NCBI GenBank assembly: GCA_943788985.1
Contig: CALSSJ010000012.1
Coordinates: 192,001 to 256,000 of the forward strand
Length of the DNA: 64,000 nt
Origin: an uncultured Lentisphaerales bacterium
GTDB taxonomy: Bacteria; Verrucomicrobiota; Lentisphaeria; JABSQK01; UBA12247
Direction of reading: 5' to 3'
Part shown: piece after piece, positions 31,167-41,490 of the stretch
Layout: each line of letters starts with the position of its first letter
Position numbering within the stretch: position 1 is the stretch's first letter
The notes under the pieces: generated by a model
What the model was told of the DNA's origin: nothing
Databases searched by the model: none
The model's input: the letters and a program-made list of their open reading frames with translations, nothing else
Position numbers and translations under genes: made by a program

Positions 31167-31557
31167 AAGGATCTCGCAGGAGCAGGGGGAGTCGCAGGAA
31201 CCGCGATAGTGTAGCGCGTCCGGTAGACTGGGCAAGTTAGCAGCGGCTGGTGCGCTGCTGCCCCGCATGGGAGACAGCTAACGCTGATGAACGCCAACGA
31301 GGCCGCCGTAACTCTTTCCGGAATGGGATATCCACGAAAGATCAGTGGTGTTCGCGACCTGGCGCGTTAGCTTTCCAGCTGGTAACATTCACGGGAATCT
31401 ACTGCGAGGCCGTAATGCACTCACTCTCAACAACTTGCGTTGTTCGCCGAATTCGACGTATCTTGAGAGGACTTCATTCGCCTCACTGCCGCAAAATGCT
31501 GGTGGCAAGCCCGTCACAGCCTCTCGCGACGAATGGCATGAATGATTCCGGCTAACC

Positions 31558-32262
31558 ATGGATCGAATCACACACATCACTTTCGACGCTGGCGGAACAC
31601 TGCTCTATCCGTATCCTTCAGTCGGCGAGATCTATGCTGAGTATATGGGCCGGCATGGGCTGCACTTGGCACCGGCGTGCATCGAGGCTGCATTTAGCCG
31701 GACGATCAAGGCCGCTCAGAGTCAGACCCGCATGGCGGTGACGGATCACGACGACAAAGAGTGGTGGCGGCAAGTGGTGGCAGAAACAATTGCGGATCTT
31801 GGGACCGTCGACGATTTTGACGCGCTGTTCGAGGAGCTGTGGGTTGCCTTTGCCGAGCCCCGCTACTGGCGCCTTTTTGAGGGCGCGGCGGATACTCTGG
31901 CTGCCTTGAAAGGGCAGGGGTATCAGCTCGCCATCCTGTCGAATTGGGACAAGCGCTTGCGGACTCTGCTCGATGGTTTTGGCCTATCGCAGTACTTCAC
32001 TCACGTCGTGATTTCGGCGGAAGTTGGGATCGAGAAGCCTGCTGCGGAGATCTTCCAGCATACGGAACGTGAGCTGGCCACCGCGCCGGAGACTATTCTG
32101 CATATAGGGGACAGCCGCCGGCACGATCAGGCGGGTGCCGAAGCTGCAGGCTGGCAGTGGTTGCTGATCGACCATGGCGAGGGCACGAGCACTCCAGATA
32201 CGCTGGCGAACCTGCCGGAGTTGCTCGAGCGGCTCGGCGGCAAGGGGGCTCGAAGCCAGTGA
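31558..32262 (+). CDS. HAD-superfamily hydrolase (subfamily IA, REG-2-like)
   Basis: FDAGGTL, LSNWD, EKP, HIGDS motifs. Confidence 0.9.
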   Translation: MDRITHITFDAGGTLLYPYPSVGEIYAEYMGRHGLHLAPACIEAAFSRTIKAAQSQTRMAVTDHDDKEWWRQVVAETIADLGTVDDFDALFEELWVAFAEPRYWRLFEGAADTLAALKGQGYQLAILSNWDKRLRTLLDGFGLSQYFTHVVISAEVGIEKPAAEIFQHTERELATAPETILHIGDSRRHDQAGAEAAGWQWLLIDHGEGTSTPDTLANLPELLERLGGKGARSQ

Positions 32263-32679
32263 GTTCCGGGCAAAGATCAGCGAGGGCATTTTTGCCTGTG
32301 GGCACCCCGCGTTGCTGGAGGCGCGAAGCCGACGATTCATACTGCGGCAGCTTCGGGCTTGGTAGCGATCGTTCGCGTCTTTTCGGATGCGGACCCCGCA
32401 GCAGTGAATCATCTGGGTGGTGATGGCGGTAGGCCGTTTAATTTTGCCCGGAGCGTGGACGTGGTCCAGCTGCTGATGGTACGAAATTCCTGCTCTGCGC
32501 TCGGGCGAAACCAGACATCTTTTGGGCGGTGGCGCTCGTCGATGTCGTGCCGACGCGAGAGGCTATTGCCGCGAATCCGGACTGCGTCTGCTACCGCATT
32601 AGCGTACACTCAGGGCCGTTTCCGGGCATCGGCTTTGAGGGCAAGGGCGAGAGCATTCTGCAGTGGCGGCTCGGTTTTT

Positions 32680-33480
32680 ACCGCGAGGCATACGACTTGA
32701 TGATCGCTGCCACCGGTCGTTACGGCGTGGCAAAGCAGATGGGCAATCAGGGGGATTCGCCCGGCCAACTATTCCAGTTTGAGGCTTGGCAGGAAGCCGG
32801 AAGGATTGAGGATGTCACTCGCGCAGACTCGTACGCGAACAAATGGCGCCGCTAGCACCAATGGGACGCATCCCCGTTGCGGTGGAATTGCCAAAGTCCA
32901 TGAACTAGGACCTATGGCTGGGGACGACGCGTGAGACGACGTTCAGTTCGAAGTTCCACCCCGGGAACTGGCGCGGCTGGGATCGATATGGCTGCGGTTG
33001 CCTTGGCGACTCGGTGCCGTACATCGTCGATACCGTTCATCGCTCCCCAGAGTTGGGGCCGCTGGAGAAGATTGAGCTTCCCTCATTGGTGCAGCCCAAC
33101 CAGTCCATCTATCCGCTGGCGAGCACTTTAAAGTTTGGCTGTCCCGCGCGAAGCGAGGATCCTGCGATGACGCTCAGTTGGTACGATGGGCACGGCAAGA
33201 CGCCGCCTATCCCCGTTGCGTTTGCCGGTCGCGACACCAACTGAGAGCCGGGCAAGTTTATCTACGCGAAGGGGCACATCCTGCAGCGGGACCATCCCGG
33301 GAGGCGGTTGCAGATCATCCTGTACGAGAAGATGCGCGAGATGTTGGAGGCTGGCACCATGCCGAAGGATTTCAGTAAGAATTCGGATCACTACGCGAAC
33401 TTCCTGCTTGCTTTTCGCGGGGACGAGGAGCCCTACTCGCCATTCTCGGTGTCCGGACTGCGATCGCAGATGTTGGCCCT
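32680..33480 (+). pseudogene. Gfo/Idh/MocA oxidoreductase remnant
   Basis: YGVAKQMGNQG, FHPGNWRGW, GCLGD, LSWYDG, HYANFLLA; multiple stops and frameshifts. Confidence 0.75.
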
Positions 33481-33632
33481 AGCCCGAGTTGCGAACTGCA
33501 ATTCGGATTTTGCGGAATTGTGGGCATCTTTTCTACGGCTTCTCGGTCACAGTCCGGAGAACGAGCTTCGTAGTTACTGCAACGTCAACTGCTTTCCTTG
33601 AAGTCGCGACATGACGGTGCCATCGCATTTTC

Positions 33633-33740
33633 ATGTACTTCGCCACACGCACATCTCGAGGCAAACAGATCCTGCAACTGCTTGAGTCCTACCGCAATGC
33701 AGACAGCCAACCACGCAACCGCGTGGTCCCATCTTTGTAC
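33633..33740 (+). mobile_element. IS1634-like transposase N-terminal stub
   Basis: MYFATRTSRGKQILQLLESYRNADSQPRNRVVPSL resembles the IS1634-type N-terminus (LQLVESYR...PRQRVV.SLG); the rest of the gene is absent. Confidence 0.55.
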
Positions 33741-33840
33741 CTGCAACGGCACGCAATTGGTCGCGAGTTCTGTGACGATGTGACGCTCGAAGACAACCGC
33801 GCCCCTGGCTTTGCGGGCGGCTCAGGGGAGCGAGGGGAGA

Positions 33841-33916
33841 TGGTACCCGGGAGAGGAATCGAACCTCCGGCACAGAGTTTAGGAAACTCCTGCTCTATCC
33901 ACTGAGCTACCCGGGT
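33841..33916 (-). tRNA. tRNA-Arg (anticodon CCT)
   Basis: Minus strand ACCCGGG-TA-GCTCAGTGGATAGAGC-A-GGAGT-TT-CCT-AA-ACTCT-GTGCC-GGAGG-TTCGATT-CCTCT-CCCGGGT-A-CCA; 76 nt with encoded CCA. Confidence 0.97.
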
Positions 33917-34086
33917 GCCTGTTGCGGCGGACTACAGCCGCGATGGTAAGGAAAGTAGTCACGAACCGCACCTTTGCAATCGCATGTCACGCGGTCGCGC
34001 GAGCGAGGGCTTGCGGTTAGGCGGATTCTTCGTATGGTACCATGCCAGTTAGTGCGTATGAATGATTCTTCCCTGAGGTTCCTGAA

Positions 34087-36174
34087 GTGAAACGATTTAT
34101 AGTGATTTTTTCTATCTGCCTGGCTAGCGTATGGCTGCAGGCTGAGCCTGTGCGCTTGGATGTTGCGCGGGCATTACGTCATGTCTCTGATGCCATCGTG
34201 CTGGTCACGATGGATACCGGAATCCTGGAACAGCACGCCCCGGGCCTGATTTTCGAGCGGATAGATAACCGCGTTTACATCGTCACCGACGCTGCTGTTG
34301 TGCAGACTCCGGAAGGGCAGGGCATTCACCGTGTCTGGGTGCGCTATAATGATCGCGGTATCTCCAAAGCCGATCTTTTGGACGATCAGTTCGCCGATGG
34401 CCTGGCACTGCTGGAAGCGACCTTTCGGCATCCGCATAATCCGCTCGAACAGTCAGAGCGCCATACGCGGGAGGACGTTATCACCGGCTACCTGTGGGGC
34501 TATCCGCTTTCGGATCCGGCCGTGAGACGTCTGCTGACTAAGGGCGGCGGGCTTGGCGCAAGCTGGGCCATTTCAGACTTCCAACCCACTCGTGATTTGC
34601 TTGGGCAGGTAGAATCTTTTCACATCGCCTATCGCCCGGTGGCCGGCGAAATCGACGGCACGCCAGGAACTGTGGCTGTGGATCGCTTCGGCGATGCGGT
34701 TGGTGTCGTCTCGGTGCTCGAGCCCACTGCGGACCAATCTCTGACGATCACGCCGATTCAGGACATTCGCGCGTCGCTGAAGGGCATCGTTCGCGAACTG
34801 TCGTTCGAGCCTATTCGCGGGCGCCGCGGCTATTTTCGAGTAAATGGCCGCACCGCGGACCCATGCCGTCGCGTAGGGGCCGTGATCCTAACGTCCAAGC
34901 GCTGGCAGCGCGACCAGGCGATGCCGCTCCAACAAGCTGATGGCTTCTGGCCACGGATGGCCCACGATGCCCGCGAGCAACAGCTGGATCTGGACGGAAA
35001 CATCATCAGCGGCGAAATTCGCCTGCGTCCCAGCAGTGATGCCGACGAGGCACATCTCTGCCAGATTAAGCTGCTCTACGGAGATCGCCAACCCTCGTTC
35101 TGCCAACCGCAGGTAGTCCACCTGTGGGGCGAACTGCCCGATAACAGCAATTGGTTTGCCCAGGATTACAGCGAGCACATGGAGCTGCGTGCTTCAGACG
35201 TTCGCGCCGGGCCGGTGGAGACAGTAAACAAGGTATCACTAGATGGCCGCAGCATCATTCGTCCCATGATCTGGTCGGCAGATGACCGGAACGTGCTGCT
35301 GCTGCACCGCACTGGCATTCTCGAAGAGCGAACGTTGCCTGACCTGGGCGTCAGCCGGACGTTGAAGCTGGGGCGTCGTCCTGTGGACATGGCCCGCACT
35401 AAGCTGGGCCTAGCCATTCTTGTCGATGATGCTGTCCTCTGGATTGTGGACGAGAGAAGCTTGAAAGTAACCCGCCGCATTCCTGTTCCCGGTGCCCGGG
35501 CCATTGAAGGCAATGCGAGTAGCTACGACGTCTTGGTGCTGACCGCAGATAGGGACCAGATCGACATCGTCAGCCTGGCAGGGCAGGGCACCAAAGTGCT
35601 GACTGCTAAGGAGCTGTGGATGGGCCAGAAGAGCTGGGTGCGTAAGCACGAGGCGGCCGAGGGGCACACACTCGCCGAGTTCTCCGACTTCTCCTTGGCC
35701 CCGGACGGCCGCCAGCTGCTGGTGCGGTCCAACCATTGCCTGCATCGATTCGTGTTCGAGTACCGCAGCCTCCACTACAAGGAAATGGGGCCGCCGATCG
35801 GCGAGGAGCCCGGTCGCCTCGTCTTTACGCGCGATTCTGCGTCCTTCGGCTTCGTCAATGTCAGCGATCAGCTGCTGCCCGCGCATCCTCCTGTCGGTTT
35901 TGGGAGCTATATCTACGCCACCCGCAACATTCAGGCACCGGTCCTGACTCTAAACTATGGCGCGATGCCTCGCGTGGTTGCTTTCAACGAAGGCATTATC
36001 TACGCCCAGAACAAGGACCAGAGAATGATTCGCTACGCACCGCGCGTCGGTGTCCGTGATGGCTATCGGTTTGATACGCGCGGTCGTACGCTCGACATTC
36101 TGCCGGTTCCCACGAGTGAGTCCGAGGAAGTTGTCATCTTGAGCGAGTCTGACCTGCTCTGGGTTTCCTTCTAA
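34087..36174 (+). CDS. Secreted protein: degenerate trypsin-like domain plus C-terminal beta-propeller-like region
   Basis: Signal peptide; VYIVTDAAVV, DGLALLEA, WGYP, GTPGTVAVDRFGDAVGVV; beta-rich repeats (WSADDRNV, LAPDGRQL, FTRDSASF). Confidence 0.55.
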   Translation: MKRFIVIFSICLASVWLQAEPVRLDVARALRHVSDAIVLVTMDTGILEQHAPGLIFERIDNRVYIVTDAAVVQTPEGQGIHRVWVRYNDRGISKADLLDDQFADGLALLEATFRHPHNPLEQSERHTREDVITGYLWGYPLSDPAVRRLLTKGGGLGASWAISDFQPTRDLLGQVESFHIAYRPVAGEIDGTPGTVAVDRFGDAVGVVSVLEPTADQSLTITPIQDIRASLKGIVRELSFEPIRGRRGYFRVNGRTADPCRRVGAVILTSKRWQRDQAMPLQQADGFWPRMAHDAREQQLDLDGNIISGEIRLRPSSDADEAHLCQIKLLYGDRQPSFCQPQVVHLWGELPDNSNWFAQDYSEHMELRASDVRAGPVETVNKVSLDGRSIIRPMIWSADDRNVLLLHRTGILEERTLPDLGVSRTLKLGRRPVDMARTKLGLAILVDDAVLWIVDERSLKVTRRIPVPGARAIEGNASSYDVLVLTADRDQIDIVSLAGQGTKVLTAKELWMGQKSWVRKHEAAEGHTLAEFSDFSLAPDGRQLLVRSNHCLHRFVFEYRSLHYKEMGPPIGEEPGRLVFTRDSASFGFVNVSDQLLPAHPPVGFGSYIYATRNIQAPVLTLNYGAMPRVVAFNEGIIYAQNKDQRMIRYAPRVGVRDGYRFDTRGRTLDILPVPTSESEEVVILSESDLLWVSF

Positions 36175-36234
36175 GAGCCATCCTGTAACGCCCCCGCAAC
36201 CCAACCGCGTTGCGGCAAGACTGCGGCAGCTATT

Positions 36235-37659
36235 ATGAGCTCTCCTCTCCTTCATAAGCCCCTTTGGCGTCCCGCCGATCTCGGGCAGCCAATCCCTAGT
36301 TGGCCACATGCGACCAGTGTCTGCCTGCCGACCTGGGCCGATAATGTCGGCTACGAGGAGGGCGAGGAGCGTGTGCTCAGCCAGTTGCGCTGCGGTTATC
36401 CACGCTTTGTCCTACACCGCTGGACTGAGGAACTGCATCAGGTTGCAGCGACAACCCTGGGGACTGACATGGCCCGCGTATTTGGCGTCGAAGCCACTGC
36501 TTGCCGGGCCGCAGCGTATATCGGCGGTGCCACCGTGCGCGAGTTTCGCGGGGCCTGGGCCGTTGGGTTTGCGGAGTCCGCAAAAGAAAGGGCCAAGCAG
36601 TTTTGGCAGCACGGGGGCGAGGGGGTCTCCTGGCGCCAAGCGAGAGCCTTGCTGGACGGCGTGTATGTTGCGGAGTTCGCGGGCGCAGACGCCCGGTCAG
36701 CGATTGCGGACCTTGCAGGCGTTCCAGCCGCTGATGTCTTTCTATTCAGCAGCGGCATGGCTGCCGTGTATGCGGCCTGGCGTTGCGTGACCGACGGCGA
36801 CGCGCCGACCATTCAGTTTGGCTTTCCGTACATCGACACGCTGAAGATTCAGCAGCGGTTTGGCAATGCCTCGCAGTTTTTTGCGAACTGCGCAACGGCC
36901 GACCATGTAGCCTTGGAGTCGCTGGAGAGCGCCTCGGCGGTGTTCTGCGAAGTGCCGGCCAACCCGCTGTTGCAGATGCCGGACGTGCCGCGTCTCGCGC
37001 GTTGGTGTCGCGAGCGGGGCGTGCCATTGGTGGTGGATGACACCGTTGCGACATTCGCAAATGTAGACCTGCTGCCGCACGCAGACCTGATCGCTTCAAG
37101 CTTGACCAAGTTTGTCTCCGGGCTCGGAGATGTAATGGCTGGCTCACTGATTTTAAATCCTCGCTCCGCGCATTATGCACGGCTTCGCGCGCGGCTAGCT
37201 GCGGAGTTCGCACCGTCGCTTTGGTGCGAGGATGCGGCCGTGCTGCGCAGGAATGCCGCCGGTTTTCAGCAGCGGATAATGCGAATTAATCGAAACGGCG
37301 AGGCGCTGGCCGACTTTTTGTACGGGCACCCCGAGGTCGCCCGCGTCTACTATCCCAAGTATCAGGACCGTGCGCACTACGATGCGTTGCTGCGCAAAGA
37401 CGGCGGTTATGGCGGGTTGCTCTCGTTTCTATTGCGAACTCCGCAAGACGCCGAGGCCGTATATGACCGCCTGGAGGTTTGCAAAGGGCCCAGTTTAGGA
37501 ACGGAATTTACCCTGGTCTCGCCCTACACCATTCTGGCGCATTACGATGAACTGGCGTTCGCTGAGTCATGTGGTGTATCCCGGTACTTGCTGCGTGTGA
37601 GTGCGGGAATCGAACCTGATTTGATCGATCGGTTTGAAAAGGCCTTAAGCCTCCCGTAG
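36235..37659 (+). CDS. PLP-dependent cystathionine gamma-synthase-like enzyme (long, Str2-like form)
   Basis: [27 protein letters not shown] (PLP Lys), KGPSLGT, LLRVSAG. Confidence 0.85.
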   Translation: MSSPLLHKPLWRPADLGQPIPSWPHATSVCLPTWADNVGYEEGEERVLSQLRCGYPRFVLHRWTEELHQVAATTLGTDMARVFGVEATACRAAAYIGGATVREFRGAWAVGFAESAKERAKQFWQHGGEGVSWRQARALLDGVYVAEFAGADARSAIADLAGVPAADVFLFSSGMAAVYAAWRCVTDGDAPTIQFGFPYIDTLKIQQRFGNASQFFANCATADHVALESLESASAVFCEVPANPLLQMPDVPRLARWCRERGVPLVVDDTVATFANVDLLPHADLIASSLTKFVSGLGDVMAGSLILNPRSAHYARLRARLAAEFAPSLWCEDAAVLRRNAAGFQQRIMRINRNGEALADFLYGHPEVARVYYPKYQDRAHYDALLRKDGGYGGLLSFLLRTPQDAEAVYDRLEVCKGPSLGTEFTLVSPYTILAHYDELAFAESCGVSRYLLRVSAGIEPDLIDRFEKALSLP

Positions 37660-37709
37660 ATTTGAGCCGTTACACTTTTTTCCTCACCCCCATCATCTGG
37701 AGCCTCTTC

Positions 37710-38681
37710 ATGGGTTACTCAGCAGACAATTCTCTTTCCATCGGCAACACCCCACTGGTTAAAATTAACCGTCTTCCGGGCGCTGATAAGGCCACCATCC
37801 TGGCCAAGATTGAAGGCCGGAACCCTGCCTACTCCGTGAAGTGCCGAATCGGTTCGAACATGATCTGGGACGCAGAGAAGAGCGGCAAGCTCAAGCCCGG
37901 CGGCCATATCGTGGAGCCAACCAGTGGCAATACTGGGATCGCCCTGGCGTACGTGGCAGCTTCGCGCGGCTACAAGCTGACTATCACGATGCCCGAGTCG
38001 ATGAGCATCGAGCGTCGGAAAGTGCTGAGCGCACTTGGTGCAACCGTGGTGCTAACGCCTGCTGCGAAAGGGATGAAGGGCGCGATCAACAAGGCTGCGG
38101 AGATCGCAGCAAGCTCCGATGAGTATTTCATGCCCCAACAGTTTGAGAATCCGGCCAACCCCGAGATTCATGTCAAGACCACTGGTCCGGAGATCTGGGC
38201 AGATACAAATGGCGAGATTGACATCCTGATCTCCGGCGTCGGCACCGGCGGTACGATCACCGGTGTGTCACGCTACATCAAGAAGGAGAAGGGCAAGGCG
38301 ATTACTTCGCTCGCCGTAGAGCCGGAAGAGAGCCCCGTGATTACGCAGGCACTCGCCGGTCAGGATCTGAAGCCTGGACCCCACAAAATCCAAGGAATAG
38401 GAGCCGGGTTCATCCCGACAAACTTGGACCTGTCCGTCGTGGACGGCGTGGAGCAAGTCACAAGCGCCGATGCGATTGCTGTCTCCCGTGAGTTGGCCCG
38501 CCAGGAAGGGCTCCTCAGTGGGATTAGCTGTGGCGCTGCCATGGCCGCCGCGTCCAAGGTCGCCCAGCGCCCAGAGAACGCCGGAAAGACCATTGTGGTG
38601 ATTCTGCCCGACGCTGGCGAGCGTTACTTGAGTGGCGCCCTGTTTGACGGCGTGTTCGGCGATGACGGAATGGCTCTCTGA
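37710..38681 (+). CDS. cysK: Cysteine synthase A (O-acetylserine sulfhydrylase)
   Basis: [47 protein letters not shown]. Confidence 0.96.
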   Translation: MGYSADNSLSIGNTPLVKINRLPGADKATILAKIEGRNPAYSVKCRIGSNMIWDAEKSGKLKPGGHIVEPTSGNTGIALAYVAASRGYKLTITMPESMSIERRKVLSALGATVVLTPAAKGMKGAINKAAEIAASSDEYFMPQQFENPANPEIHVKTTGPEIWADTNGEIDILISGVGTGGTITGVSRYIKKEKGKAITSLAVEPEESPVITQALAGQDLKPGPHKIQGIGAGFIPTNLDLSVVDGVEQVTSADAIAVSRELARQEGLLSGISCGAAMAAASKVAQRPENAGKTIVVILPDAGERYLSGALFDGVFGDDGMAL

Positions 38682-38715
38682 GGACGGGGGAAACGGTGCC
38701 AGGGTCGGCGCTGAC

Positions 38716-39531
38716 ATGAAGCCTGTCCTCGGGATAACCGTTGAGCCCGATCAGGTCCATGACCTGATCGGGCAAGAGTCCTTCGGTCAGGCTTGGCATG
38801 GCTTCGAGCTGCCAGGCTTTGTGCTGGGAGACCGCACCTGGGATGAGACGCTCAGTCAGGTGCAGCGCGGGATCTCGCACGTACGCGACATCCTGCCGGA
38901 CGACGTCGCCCGCTATCTGCCAGAGACGGATACCACGGCTCGCCGTGCGATTCTGGACTCTCTGGTGGAGCAGCTTAAGCTGACTGTTGACTACGGGGTC
39001 AAGTGCTGTACGCTTGAACTGGGAATCGAGCGGATTGCTGTGGAACATCGGGAAGCAGCGTTGCTGGCGCGCGAGGACTTAATCAAGCGACTGTTGCCGG
39101 TTGCGGATTCGCTCGATGTCTCGATCTGCCTGCCGCAACGCGAACCATGCACGCCACCGGGCGCGCATTTTGCGGAGTACGCGACCCAGTTGGTGACCAC
39201 GCTTGATCACGACGCCTGCAAGCTGACGCTAAACGTGTTCCCCAATGAGTTGCACACACTGACGGTGACTGAGTTGGTGCAGCGCAGCTATTCGCATGTA
39301 GGCGTCATCCGGTTTTTCTACGAGCCAGGTATCGGACTACGACTAGATCGCGAGCAGCAGCTAATCTGGGCGCGGGCATTACATTTACGCCGTTATGATG
39401 GGCTGGTGGTGTTCTGTCCGCTGGTCAAGGATCGTGACAAATTTTGCTTTGAGGCTGATCAACTGCTGGGGCTGGTTCAAGAGATCTGGCTGGAGCAGAA
39501 CCGGGAGTTCGACACGGTCGATGGCACCTGA
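38716..39531 (+). CDS. Hypothetical protein, possibly a TIM-barrel (xylose-isomerase-like) fold
   Basis: Clean ORF in operon context; alternating beta/alpha pattern, YDGLVVF; no clear catalytic motifs. Confidence 0.5.
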   Translation: MKPVLGITVEPDQVHDLIGQESFGQAWHGFELPGFVLGDRTWDETLSQVQRGISHVRDILPDDVARYLPETDTTARRAILDSLVEQLKLTVDYGVKCCTLELGIERIAVEHREAALLAREDLIKRLLPVADSLDVSICLPQREPCTPPGAHFAEYATQLVTTLDHDACKLTLNVFPNELHTLTVTELVQRSYSHVGVIRFFYEPGIGLRLDREQQLIWARALHLRRYDGLVVFCPLVKDRDKFCFEADQLLGLVQEIWLEQNREFDTVDGT

Positions 39532-39541
39532 CCTGGATCAT

Positions 39542-39570
39542 TCCTGAGATCTCGTCGTGAGAGCTCAGGA
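39542..39570. terminator. Intergenic stem-loop
   Basis: tcctgag(a)tctc / gaga(g)ctcagga inverted repeat after the 39531 stop; no clear U-tract. Confidence 0.3.
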
Positions 39571-39605
39571 CTTAATCAGGCTAAATAATTCTACAAGGAG
39601 AACGC

Positions 39606-40952
39606 GTGGCTAAATCACAACGTGGCAGCCTGACGCGTATACAATCACAGGCACGTACTGCTGCGCGGGCAGTGTACGAGGTATCTGCGGATGTATGGGC
39701 ATCCGGCAAGCCAGCGGATCGGCTGCTGGCTGCTTATTTTCGGAAGCACAAGAAATATGGCGCCCAAGACCGGCGGCTGATCAGTGAGACTTTCTTTGCG
39801 GTCTTTCGCTGGTGGGGCTGGTTGCGTCTGCTCGCTCGCGATGAGGCCGGGATGTGGGAGCGCGACGCCGAGCGTGCGACGCAGTCGGTCGAATGGCAGT
39901 CGATGCTGGTGGGGGCACATGTGCTGGATACGGTCGCGCTGCACCCGGTCGCGGCCGTGTGGAAGGATCGCGTTGCCGAGAAGCGCCGGACTGCGTCCTA
40001 CGTCACTTGTGTCGGAGACAAGCCGCTGATGGAGCGTGCCGAGATGATGGAAAGCCTGTTTGGCCTTTCGGTGAGGCCGCATGACTTGTTGCCGGATTGG
40101 TTGCGCGAGGAGACGGGTGAGATGTCCTACGACTTGCTGGAAATGCTGCAGCGGCGCCCGCCACTTTGGTTGCGGACTTCGCACAGCACGGTCGATAAGG
40201 CGATCTCACGCCTCGCGGATGAGGACCTGACTGCGGAGGCATTTCCGGCGCTGCTGGGTGCGATGCGGCTGGTGCCTACCCGGGTGAATCTATATGAGTC
40301 GGCAACATTCAAGGCTGGGCTGGTCGAGATTCAGGATCTGGGAAGTCAAGCAATTGGTGCTGCCTGCAGCCCTGCGCCGGGACAGCGCTGGTGGGATGCC
40401 TGCGCCGGGGCCGGAGGAAAATCGCTGCAATTGGCTAGCATGATGAATGAGAAGGGGTTGGTGCTGGCTACAGATATCCGGGAGTACAAACTCACGGACC
40501 TGCGCAAGCGGGCCCGCCGCGCACACTTGTCCAACATTCAGGCTAAGCCTTGGGACGGCAAGGAAATACCAGGGAAGCCCGGGAGCTTTCATGGGGTGCT
40601 GGTGGATGCGCCATGCACGTGCACCGGCACCTGGCGACGGAATCCAGACGCGCGCTGGACGATGAAGCGCGAGGAGATCGCAGCCGCGGTTGCGACGCAG
40701 AGTGAGATTCTAGAGGCTGTCATCCCCGCCCTGAGGCAGATGGGCGTGCTGGTCTACGCGACCTGCTCGCTGTGTGATGCGGAGAACGAGGGCGTGGTTC
40801 AGGGATTTCTGGATCGGCATCCGGAGTTCTCGCTGGATCCGATGGTTCATCCGTTGCACGGGGGCATGACCGAAGGGATGTTTCGGGTTACGCCAACCTC
40901 GTTCGACTGTGATGCGATGTTTGTTGCTCGGATGCGCCGTCTCCGAGATTGA
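39606..40952 (+). CDS. RsmB/NOP (Fmu/Sun) RNA m5C methyltransferase family
   Basis: EIQDLGSQ, DACAGAGGKS, VDAPCTCTGTWRRNPD, YATCS. Confidence 0.92.
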   Translation: MAKSQRGSLTRIQSQARTAARAVYEVSADVWASGKPADRLLAAYFRKHKKYGAQDRRLISETFFAVFRWWGWLRLLARDEAGMWERDAERATQSVEWQSMLVGAHVLDTVALHPVAAVWKDRVAEKRRTASYVTCVGDKPLMERAEMMESLFGLSVRPHDLLPDWLREETGEMSYDLLEMLQRRPPLWLRTSHSTVDKAISRLADEDLTAEAFPALLGAMRLVPTRVNLYESATFKAGLVEIQDLGSQAIGAACSPAPGQRWWDACAGAGGKSLQLASMMNEKGLVLATDIREYKLTDLRKRARRAHLSNIQAKPWDGKEIPGKPGSFHGVLVDAPCTCTGTWRRNPDARWTMKREEIAAAVATQSEILEAVIPALRQMGVLVYATCSLCDAENEGVVQGFLDRHPEFSLDPMVHPLHGGMTEGMFRVTPTSFDCDAMFVARMRRLRD

Positions 40953-41033
40953 TTCGTCGCGCTGCTGTGTGGGCGCGATTTACCGAAATCGAAATTGCGC
41001 AGTGGAAATCCCTGCGAAAAACGTATAGTCCTT

Positions 41034-41057
41034 AATTCCTGTAGGGGAATAGGAGTT
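41034..41057. promoter_or_regulatory. Candidate Rrf2 operator overlapping the RBS
   Basis: Imperfect inverted repeat AATTCCTGT-n6-ATAGGAGTT (7/9) 9 nt upstream of the Rrf2 gene. Confidence 0.5.
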
Positions 41058-41065
41058 TTAAGGGC

Positions 41066-41476
41066 ATGCATCTTTCCTGTAAGGCAATCTACGGATTACG
41101 GATTCTGTACCACGTGGCTGAAGCGACGCAGCATGGCGGGCTTGCGCGCGGCGCGAAGCTGGCGGTGGCCTTGTCGATGAATGATTCGAGCCTGGAACAG
41201 ATCTCGGGACTGTTGCGCAAGGCCGGGCTGATCAAGACGGTCCGTGGCCGCAATGGCGGCTACACGCTTGGGGCGCATCCTGAAGAGATTACCTTGCTGA
41301 GGATTATTGAGGCGGTGGATGGTCCGCTATCGATGCTGGGAGATGTGAGCGGCGAACACTGTACAGACCCCGCCTGGGAAGTGCTATCGGAGACGATGGC
41401 CGCAAAGGCGGGGACTGTGACCTTGGCCAAGGTCCTAGCGGAGAACCGACCACAAATGAATGATTTTGTTATCTGA
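41066..41476 (+). CDS. Rrf2-family transcriptional regulator (CymR-like context)
   Basis: YGLRIL, LEQISGLLRKAGLIKTVRGRNGGYTL, ITLLRIIEAVDG; lacks the three-Cys Fe-S ligand set. Confidence 0.9.
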   Translation: MHLSCKAIYGLRILYHVAEATQHGGLARGAKLAVALSMNDSSLEQISGLLRKAGLIKTVRGRNGGYTLGAHPEEITLLRIIEAVDGPLSMLGDVSGEHCTDPAWEVLSETMAAKAGTVTLAKVLAENRPQMNDFVI

Positions 41477-41490
41477 TTCGAGGAGTAATT

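Noticed and set aside
33952..33979. Possible sigma70 promoter for the tRNA (minus strand TTGCAA-16-TACTTT)
   Set aside because: Weak consensus and suboptimal spacing; not supportable without transcript data
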